From NCBI GenBank assembly GCA_964431915.1, contig CAYSLI010000002.1, positions 14,013 to 78,012 on the forward strand: a stretch of 64,000 nt of DNA. The letters run 5' to 3'. Below are positions 18,710-24,830 of the stretch, in pieces; position 1 is the stretch's first letter; each line of letters opens with the position of its first letter. A program made the position numbers and the translations under genes. The DNA is from an uncultured Candidatus Saccharibacteria bacterium (lineage in GTDB: Bacteria > Patescibacteriota > Minisyncoccia > Minisyncoccales > CAZKCU01). Below the pieces are notes generated by a model. It was not told the origin of the DNA and searched no databases. It saw only the letters and a program-made list of their open reading frames with translations.

Positions 18710-19751
18710 AATTTGGAGGACATTTTTTCAAGATATTGCTATTGATTTGGGAACAGCCAACTCTCTTGTTTATGTCAGAGGTCGAGGGATTATAATCGCA
18801 GAACCTTCGGTAGTAGCTATAAATCGAAAAACTGGTCAAATTTTAGCCATAGGAGAGGAGGCTCGAAAGATGGTTGGTCGAACCCCAGCTCATATTGTAG
18901 CTACCAGGCCCTTGGTTTCAGGAGTAATTTCTGATTTCGATGTTACTGAACAAATGCTGAGATATTTTATTGAAAAAGTTTATAAAAGAAGATTTATCCT
19001 TAATCCTAGGCCTCGAGTAATCATTGGTATTCCTTGCGGGGTAACTGAGGTGGAGAAAAAGGCAGTTGAAGATGCGGCAAAAAATGCTGGAGCAAGAGAA
19101 GTCTATTTAATTGAACAACCGATGGCAGCTGCCATCGGCGCCCGGCTCCCGGTTCAAGATGCCGGAGGAAACTTTATTGTTGACATTGGAGGAGGAACAA
19201 CTGAAGTAGCAGTAATTTCTTTAGGGGGAATAGTTATTGCCAAGAGCCTGAGAACTGCCGGAGATAAACTTTCAGAAGACATAATTCAATTTGCCCAAGA
19301 AGAATATAAGTTATTAATTGGAGAAAGAACGGCCGAGGAAATTAAAATTAACATTGGTTCTGCCTATCCGCTCAAAGAGAAAAAAGAAATGCCTCTTCGG
19401 GGAAGGAACTTAGTTACAGGTCTTCCTGAAGAAATTTTAGTTTCTGACGAAGATATTAGAAGGGCTTTAAAAAAATCGGTTAGCCAAATTATTGCAGCCA
19501 TAAGAACTACGGCAGAGGAAACTCCTCCAGAACTTCTCGCTGATGTTATGGCAAGAGGTATTTATCTTGCTGGCGGCGGTAGTCTCTTGCGGGGGTTGGA
19601 TATCTTGGTTGCAAAAGAGACAAAAATTCCTGCCAAAATCGTTGATGATCCTCTAACAGCGATGGTTAGGGGAGGAGGGTTGGTTTTAGAGAACCTTGAT
19701 GAACTACATGAGGTCTTGGTAGAGACAGAGTATTTAGAACCACCCCATTAA
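18699..19751 (+). CDS. mreB: rod-shape protein MreB, paralogue 2
   Basis: IAIDLGTANSLVYV, VDIGGGTTEVAVISLGG, LAGGGSLLRGLD. Confidence 0.88.
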   Translation: MLNKIWRTFFQDIAIDLGTANSLVYVRGRGIIIAEPSVVAINRKTGQILAIGEEARKMVGRTPAHIVATRPLVSGVISDFDVTEQMLRYFIEKVYKRRFILNPRPRVIIGIPCGVTEVEKKAVEDAAKNAGAREVYLIEQPMAAAIGARLPVQDAGGNFIVDIGGGTTEVAVISLGGIVIAKSLRTAGDKLSEDIIQFAQEEYKLLIGERTAEEIKINIGSAYPLKEKKEMPLRGRNLVTGLPEEILVSDEDIRRALKKSVSQIIAAIRTTAEETPPELLADVMARGIYLAGGGSLLRGLDILVAKETKIPAKIVDDPLTAMVRGGGLVLENLDELHEVLVETEYLEPPH

Positions 19752-19752
19752 T

Positions 19753-20043
19753 ATGGTTACGCAAAAAGAAGTAAAAAGAGTAGCAAAATTAGCGAGAATT
19801 GGTTTAACTAAAAAGGAAGAAGAAAAGTTTAGCAGGGAGCTTTCTTTGATTTTGAATTATGTGGAAAAATTAAAAGAAGTTAATATTTCAAAAACTCTAC
19901 CAACCAGCCACTCAATTAAAATGGAAAATGTAATGAGAGAAGACTTAGAAAACGAAAAATTAAAAATGAAAAATGGAAAATTATTGAAGTTGGCACCCGA
20001 GACTAAAAACGGCTATTTAAAAGTAAAATCTATTTTTAAATAA
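19753..20043 (+). CDS. gatC: Asp/Glu-tRNA amidotransferase subunit C
   Basis: VKRVAKLARIGLTKKEEEKFSRELSLILNYVEKL; directly upstream of gatA. Confidence 0.88.
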   Translation: MVTQKEVKRVAKLARIGLTKKEEEKFSRELSLILNYVEKLKEVNISKTLPTSHSIKMENVMREDLENEKLKMKNGKLLKLAPETKNGYLKVKSIFK

Positions 20044-20095
20044 AAGTTGGACAAAAGTATACCGTTATGTAGCAGCATGCTTTTACACTAAATCT

Positions 20096-21514
20096 GTGGA
20101 ATTAAAAAATTTAACAATAAAAGAAATTCATGATAGTTTATTAAAAAAAGAGTTTTCAGCTTTTGAACTCTGTAAAATTCATTTAGAGAAAATCAAAAAA
20201 GAAGACAAAAAATTCCAAGCTTTTTTAAGTGTAAGTAAGGATTTAGCAATTAGTCAGGCAAAGGAAATTGACGAGATGATTTCTCAAGGGAGAGAAACTT
20301 CAATTCTGGCCGGTATTCCTCTGGCAGTTAAAGATAATATTTTAGTTGAAAATATTAAATGTACAGCTGGCTCAAAAATTCTGGAAAATTATATCGCTCC
20401 GTATGATGCCACTGTCATAAAGAAACTGAAAGAAATTGGGGCAGTAATTTTAGGAAAGACAAATATGGATGAATTTGCCATGGGTTCTTCGACCGAAAAT
20501 TCAGCTTTTGGGCCAACCTGTAATCCCCATGATTTAACCCGGGTCCCCGGAGGGTCTTCCGGGGGATCGGCAGCTGCTGTTTCTGCTAATCTCAGCTGTT
20601 ATGCTTTAGGCTCTGATACTGGAGGCTCTATACGTTTGCCAGCTTCTTTTTGCGGAGTAGTTGGACTAAAACCAACTTATGGAGCAGTTTCTCGTTATGG
20701 CTTAATTTCTATGGCTTCTTCCTTAGACCAGATAGGGCCTATTACTAAAACAGTCAAAGACGCTAAAATAGTTTTTGAGACTATTCAAGGAAAAGACAGA
20801 ATGGACTCAACAAGCGTTGAAAAGTCAAAAGCCAAAAGTCAAAAATTAAAAATTAAAGAATTACGCATTGGCATCCCTAAAGAATATTTTATTAAAGGAA
20901 TGGATGCTGAGACAGAAAGAATAATAAGAGAGGCAATTAAAAAAATTGAAGCCTTGGGAACAAAAATTGAAGAAATAAGTTTACCTCATACCGAATATGC
21001 CCTTGCCACTTATTATTTAGTGATGCCTTCTGAAGCCTCAGCTAATTTAGCGAGATATGATGGGATAAGGTATGGATATTCCTCTAAAGAAACAGGTACT
21101 TTATTAGATGTTTATTTAAAGTCAAGGGAAGAAGGTTTTGGCCCAGAGGTAAGACGCCGAATTATGCTTGGAACCTATGCTTTATCTGCAGGTTATTATG
21201 AAGCCTATTATTTAAGAGCTCAAAAAGTTCGGACTAAGATTTTAGAAGATTTTAATAAGGCTTTTGAAATGGTTGACCTTATTTTGACTCCTACTTCGCC
21301 AGCTCCGGCTTTTAAGATTGGAGAAAAAATTACCAACCCCTTAACAATGTATCTATCTGATATTTTTACTGTTTCAGTAAATTTGGCCGGATTACCCGCT
21401 CTTTCTCTGCCTTGCGGTAAAACTCATGACCTTCCGGTAGGGCTTCAAATCATTGGAAAGGCTTTTGAGGAAAACAAAATTTTAGAGTTTGGAGAAGTTT
21501 TCGAAAAATTATAA
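20096..21514 (+). CDS. gatA: Asp/Glu-tRNA amidotransferase subunit A
   Basis: Amidase signature GGSSGGSAAAV, GSDTGGSIRLPA; GTG start. Confidence 0.93.
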   Translation: MELKNLTIKEIHDSLLKKEFSAFELCKIHLEKIKKEDKKFQAFLSVSKDLAISQAKEIDEMISQGRETSILAGIPLAVKDNILVENIKCTAGSKILENYIAPYDATVIKKLKEIGAVILGKTNMDEFAMGSSTENSAFGPTCNPHDLTRVPGGSSGGSAAAVSANLSCYALGSDTGGSIRLPASFCGVVGLKPTYGAVSRYGLISMASSLDQIGPITKTVKDAKIVFETIQGKDRMDSTSVEKSKAKSQKLKIKELRIGIPKEYFIKGMDAETERIIREAIKKIEALGTKIEEISLPHTEYALATYYLVMPSEASANLARYDGIRYGYSSKETGTLLDVYLKSREEGFGPEVRRRIMLGTYALSAGYYEAYYLRAQKVRTKILEDFNKAFEMVDLILTPTSPAPAFKIGEKITNPLTMYLSDIFTVSVNLAGLPALSLPCGKTHDLPVGLQIIGKAFEENKILEFGEVFEKL

Positions 21515-21528
21515 AGAAAATTTCAGCT

Positions 21529-22035
21529 ATGTTAGAGGATTTAATTTATTTAAAATTCATTACCCCGGGAATTTTTCTGTTTCTAAAAATTATTTTTATA
21601 GTTATTTCTTTGTTTTTCCTTGTTGTTATTTTTTATTCTCTTAGAAAAAGTAGCTGGCTAAAATATAGATTTTTGCAAGATGTGGTAGAGATTTTAACTT
21701 ACCGGCCTTATGGAGTAAAAAAAATGGCCAAAATCTGGTCAAAGATTAAGGGAAGATTAGAACTTGGCGCTGAATCAGAATATAAGCTGGCAGTGATTGA
21801 AGCAGATAGTATGTTGAACGACGTCCTGGAAAGAATGGGTTTTAAGGGAGAGATCCTGGGAGATAGGTTAAAGCAGGTGACCACAGATATCCTTCCAAAC
21901 GTTGAAGAAAGCAGGGAAGCTCATAAGATTCGTAACAATATTGTCTATGACCCGGATTACAAGTTAACCTTAGACCAGGCCAAAAAAGTATTGAAAATTT
22001 ATGAACAGGCCCTTCAGGATTTACAGGTATTTTAA
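21529..22035 (+). CDS. hypothetical membrane protein
   Basis: 168-aa ORF with an N-terminal hydrophobic region; no family recognised. Confidence 0.5.
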   Translation: MLEDLIYLKFITPGIFLFLKIIFIVISLFFLVVIFYSLRKSSWLKYRFLQDVVEILTYRPYGVKKMAKIWSKIKGRLELGAESEYKLAVIEADSMLNDVLERMGFKGEILGDRLKQVTTDILPNVEESREAHKIRNNIVYDPDYKLTLDQAKKVLKIYEQALQDLQVF

Positions 22036-22041
22036 TTTCGC

Positions 22042-22070
22042 TTGATTTTCATTAAAAAGTACGATATAAT
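22042..22070 (+). promoter_or_regulatory. sigma70-like promoter of the tRNA/HE transcription unit
   Basis: TTGATT-17 nt-TATAAT; -10 ends 6 nt before C1 of tRNA-fMet. Confidence 0.45.
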
Positions 22071-22075
22071 AACAC

Positions 22076-22378
22076 CGCGCCGTGGAGGAGTAGTACCTTG
22101 CGAGGCCCATAAAATCTTGTGGCCCAGAATGGCAACATTCTGTGGAAAATTCCCGAAATTGCTGGGAACCCCCGTAAGATAGCGAGCTTGTGAGCTCTAT
22201 CTCATGGGGCAATCAGCAGCCAAGCCGAGCACATAAAGTGTTATGTGCTTGGAAGGTTCAGAGGCTATAATGGGAACTTCCTTTTTAAAGAAGGAAGATG
22301 GTATAGTCCATTCCATTTGGAAACAAATGGTTAATATTAAAGAACCTCGAGACGTCCGTGCAATTCGGACCGGCGCAA
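22076..22378 (+). tRNA. initiator tRNA-fMet(CAU), split by a group I intron (exons 22076-22110 and 22343-22378)
   Basis: Joined exons form a cloverleaf: CGCGCCG/CGGCGCA acceptor with C1xA72, A11:U24, stem CGAGG/CCTCG, loop CCCAUAA, T arm GTCCG-TGCAATT-CGGAC, A73. Confidence 0.8.
22111..22342 (+). ncRNA. group I intron (IC3-like core, no ORF) in the anticodon loop after CAU
   Basis: P1 CCAU/GUGG with U.G at the 5' splice site; P/Q/R/S-like AAATTGCTGGGAA, AATCAGCAGCC, GTTCAGAGGCTATAA, AAGATGGTATAGTCC; P2-P9 helices all pair; terminal G22342. Confidence 0.8.
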
Positions 22379-22386
22379 CTAGATTA

Positions 22387-22458
22387 GCCGGTGTAGCTTA
22401 ATGGTTAAAGTGGGGCTCTCATAAGGCTTAGATGAAGGTTCGATTCCTTCCATCGGCA
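22387..22458 (+). tRNA. tRNA with CAU anticodon (elongator Met or Ile2), wobble-rich anticodon stem
   Basis: GCCGGTG/CATCGGC acceptor, D loop AATGGTTA, loop CTCATAA, T arm GAAGG-TTCGATT-CCTTC; anticodon stem has 3 G.U pairs. Confidence 0.7.
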
Positions 22459-22469
22459 CTCAAATTTTT

Positions 22470-22518
22470 GGTGGGTAAGTAAGACTGAAGTCGGGGATTC
22501 GATTCCCGTCACCTGCAC
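22470..22518 (+). pseudogene. tRNA-like remnant (T-arm plus 3' acceptor strand only)
   Basis: CGGGG-ATTCGAT-TCCCG followed by TCACCTG-C; no matching 5' acceptor, D or anticodon arm. Confidence 0.35.
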
Positions 22519-22523
22519 TAAAT

Positions 22524-23477
22524 ATGAGGAAAATAAAGGAATCTGTTAGAATAAAAGAAATTGGAACCAAATGGAATGACTCTATCGAGAATCTTTTATA
22601 TAATTGGCATTGGAAGGAGAATTTAATGCACAAAGAAATTGGAAAGAAACTTGGTATTCCACGCCCCACTATAACCCGTTGGTTTAGACAGTTAGGAATT
22701 CCTTCTCAGAGTTGCGCTCGGTTTACAAATAATAATCTATTGTATGTAGGACCTAACCGTCTGCCTAAAAAACCAAGATTACCAAAAAAGCCTCACTTCC
22801 GCATTTCGGTTGATGAAAATTTCTTTAAAAATTGGTCTTCACAGATGGCTTATGTTTTAGGGTATTTTACTGCTGATGGAAATATGTTTGTTAATCCGAA
22901 TGGATCTCATTATATAGGATTTACTTCCACGGACTATGATTTAATATCTAATGTGCGAGAAATTTTAGGCTCTGAGCATAAAATAGGAGTACAAGAATAC
23001 GAAAACCGCAAAGGCAGAATTCAATATTGTTTACAAATCGGAGGTAAGAAGCTATTTCAGGATTTACTTAATCTTGGATTAACGCCAAATAAAAGTAAAA
23101 AGGTAGAATTACCTAAAATCCCTAAAGTTTATTTTAAGCATTTTATTAGAGGATATTTTGATGGAGATGGGTGTGTGAGCTTTGGGTTTTATCAGAAAAA
23201 AGATAGAAGAAAACTTGGCTCTACTTTAATCACAAGGTTTAGTTCTGGTAATAGAAAATTTCTTAAAGATTTATTAAAATTTCTTCGAATATATACAAGA
23301 ATAAAAGGAGGTTGCATTTATCGGAAACAAGAAGGAAGTTATGATTTAGCATTCAGTATTAGAGATAGCTTCAGGCTTTATGAATTTATGTATAAAGATG
23401 CTACAGAGAATCAATTTTTGGAAAGAAAATATAATAAATTTCAAGAAGCAATAAAATATTATGCGGGTGTAGCTTAG
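22524..23477 (+). CDS. free-standing homing endonuclease: N-terminal HTH + double-motif LAGLIDADG
   Basis: HTH EIGKKLGIPRPTITRWFRQLGI; LAGLIDADG motifs YVLGYFTADGNMF and FIRGYFDGDGCVSF; stop codon 23475-23477 lies inside tRNA-Asp. Confidence 0.85.
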   Translation: MRKIKESVRIKEIGTKWNDSIENLLYNWHWKENLMHKEIGKKLGIPRPTITRWFRQLGIPSQSCARFTNNNLLYVGPNRLPKKPRLPKKPHFRISVDENFFKNWSSQMAYVLGYFTADGNMFVNPNGSHYIGFTSTDYDLISNVREILGSEHKIGVQEYENRKGRIQYCLQIGGKKLFQDLLNLGLTPNKSKKVELPKIPKVYFKHFIRGYFDGDGCVSFGFYQKKDRRKLGSTLITRFSSGNRKFLKDLLKFLRIYTRIKGGCIYRKQEGSYDLAFSIRDSFRLYEFMYKDATENQFLERKYNKFQEAIKYYAGVA

Positions 23478-23537
23478 TTCGGATAAAGCGCCACTCTGTC
23501 ACAGTGGAGATCGTGGGTTCAAGTCCCATCGCCCGCG
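23463..23537 (+). tRNA. tRNA-Asp(GUC)
   Basis: GCGGGTG/CGCCCGC acceptor, loop CTGTCAC on CCACT/AGTGG, T arm GTGGG-TTCAAGT-CCCAT, G73. Confidence 0.9.
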
Positions 23538-23543
23538 CCTGAA

Positions 23544-23607
23544 TAGTTAGACACGAACTCTCTTTGTTGAAGGAGGGTTGTGGGTTCGAGTCCCATCGTC
23601 CCCGCCA
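23544..23607 (+). pseudogene. 5'-truncated tRNA pseudogene (Asn GUU-like loop) with intact T-arm, 3' acceptor strand and encoded CCA
   Basis: TA-GTT-AGACACG-AAC, TCTCT-TTGTTGA-AGGAG (mismatched), GTGGG-TTCGAGT-CCCAT, CGTCCCC-G-CCA; no 5' acceptor strand. Confidence 0.5.
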
Positions 23608-23634
23608 AAAATCGCCCTCAGGGCGATTTTTTTT
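23607..23634 (+). terminator. rho-independent terminator of the tRNA/HE unit
   Basis: AAAA-ATCGCCC-TCA-GGGCGAT-TTTTTTT. Confidence 0.75.
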
Positions 23635-23736
23635 GGTTTATTCTTCAAATTGAGTTCAAATTTTGACCATATTTTAGTAGTAGTTATCCACATATTTTTA
23701 CTTGAAATCTGTTTAAAATTAGGGTAAAATGGATTA

Positions 23737-24798
23737 ATGAAGACGCCAAATATCGACTTAAAAAATCTTAAAAATAAGGCTAAAAATGAGATTGAAAAAG
23801 CTGAAGATTTAAAAGAATTGAATGATATTTTTAAGAGATATTTAGGGAAGCGAGGAGAGCTTACTCAGGTTTTGCGTTCTTTAGAAAGGTTGCCAAAAGC
23901 AAAAAGAGTTAAAGTTGGCAAGGAGGCAAACGAACTTAAGAATTTTTTGAGAATCAAATGCGAGCAAAAAGTAAAGGAGATTAAAGAAAAAATTAAAAAA
24001 GAAACTGCCAAAATCGAATGGATTGATATAACTCGACCAGGAAAAAAACTAGTTCTTGGGCATTTACATCCTCTATCACAAGTTAAAAACAAAACTGAAG
24101 AAATTTTTCAATTAATGGGTTTTTCAGTGGTTGAAGGTCCGGAGGTTGAGACTGAATGGTATAATTTTGACGCCTTAAATATTCCCAAAGACCATCCAGC
24201 CAGAGACATATGGGATACCCTCTGGCTCAAAGAGCCAGAAAATCAAAAATCAAAAATCAAAAATCAAAAATTATTATTACGAACTCATACTTCACCAGTT
24301 CAAATTCGCTATATGAAAAAAAATAATCCTCCCTTACGTATTATTGTTCCAGGCCGAGTTTTCCGCCATGAAGCCACTGATGCCAGCCATGAAATTAACT
24401 TTTATCAAATTGAGGGATTAATGGTTGATAAAAAAGTCACAGTAGTCAATTTTAAAGCGATTATCCAGGAATTTTTTCAGAAATTTTTTGAAAAACCGAT
24501 TAAAATTCGTTTAAGACCAGGTTTCTTCCCTTTTACTGAACCTTCATTTGAAGTTGATATGAGCTGTTTGGCTTGTAAGGGAAAGGGTTGTTCTGTTTGT
24601 TCTCATACGGGATGGCTGGAAATGATGGGGGCTGGGATGGTTCACCCTAATGTTTTTAAAGCAGTCGGGCTTAACCCAAAAAACTGGCAGGGGTTTGCCT
24701 TTGGAATGGGTTTAGATAGATTAGCTATGATGAAATACAAAATCAACGATATTAGGTTGTTCTATTCTGGAGACCTCCGCTTTCTCCACCAATTTTAA
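23737..24798 (+). CDS. pheS: phenylalanyl-tRNA synthetase alpha subunit
   Basis: LLRTHTSPVQIR, FRHEATDASH, GFAFGMGLDRLAM. Confidence 0.93.
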   Translation: MKTPNIDLKNLKNKAKNEIEKAEDLKELNDIFKRYLGKRGELTQVLRSLERLPKAKRVKVGKEANELKNFLRIKCEQKVKEIKEKIKKETAKIEWIDITRPGKKLVLGHLHPLSQVKNKTEEIFQLMGFSVVEGPEVETEWYNFDALNIPKDHPARDIWDTLWLKEPENQKSKIKNQKLLLRTHTSPVQIRYMKKNNPPLRIIVPGRVFRHEATDASHEINFYQIEGLMVDKKVTVVNFKAIIQEFFQKFFEKPIKIRLRPGFFPFTEPSFEVDMSCLACKGKGCSVCSHTGWLEMMGAGMVHPNVFKAVGLNPKNWQGFAFGMGLDRLAMMKYKINDIRLFYSGDLRFLHQF

Positions 24799-24800
24799 TC

Positions 24801-24823
24801 CTGTCGGTATCAAATACCGACAG
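24801..24823. repeat. GC-rich palindromic hairpin, inverted copy of the 10893-10919 element
   Basis: CTGTCGGTAT-CAA-ATACCGACAG directly after the pheS stop; the loop is the reverse complement of the other copy. Confidence 0.6.
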
Positions 24824-24830
24824 ACAAAAT

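Noticed and set aside
22021-22212. 63-aa minus-strand ORF, and the 69-aa minus-strand ORF at 22460-22669.
   Set aside because: They overlap the tRNA-fMet/intron RNA and the tRNA remnant/HE start respectively. The RNA and HE interpretations explain the sequence.
22076-22386. First reading: a group I ribozyme core at the 5' end of a tRNA precursor with no 5' exon, possibly generating the tRNA 5' end in place of RNase P, or a permuted intron-exon arrangement.
   Set aside because: The helices that seemed to tie the 5' and 3' ends together (GCGCCG/CGGCGC and CGAGG/CCTCG) are the acceptor and anticodon stems of a split initiator tRNA. With P1 CCAU/GUGG and terminal G22342, the element is an ordinary cis-splicing intron.
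22459-23607. A second intron carrying the LAGLIDADG ORF, with the tRNA-like pieces at 22470-22518 and 23544-23607 as its exons.
   Set aside because: No group I core elements flank the ORF. An intact tRNA-Asp lies between the ORF and the downstream fragment. The two fragments' acceptor strands are both 3'-type and cannot pair with each other.
23575-23607. The T-arm plus acceptor plus CCA followed by a terminator looked like the 3' end of a tmRNA.
   Set aside because: The acceptor strand CGTCCCC with discriminator G cannot give the G3:U70 alanine identity pair or A73. No matching 5' GGGG..., tag reading frame or pseudoknot region was seen.
22470-23607. A genomic island integrated into a tRNA gene, with duplicated 3' tRNA ends as att sites.
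   Set aside because: There is no integrase or recombinase. The cassette is about 1 kb and holds only the homing endonuclease and tRNA-Asp. The repeats are diverged rather than exact att-type duplications.
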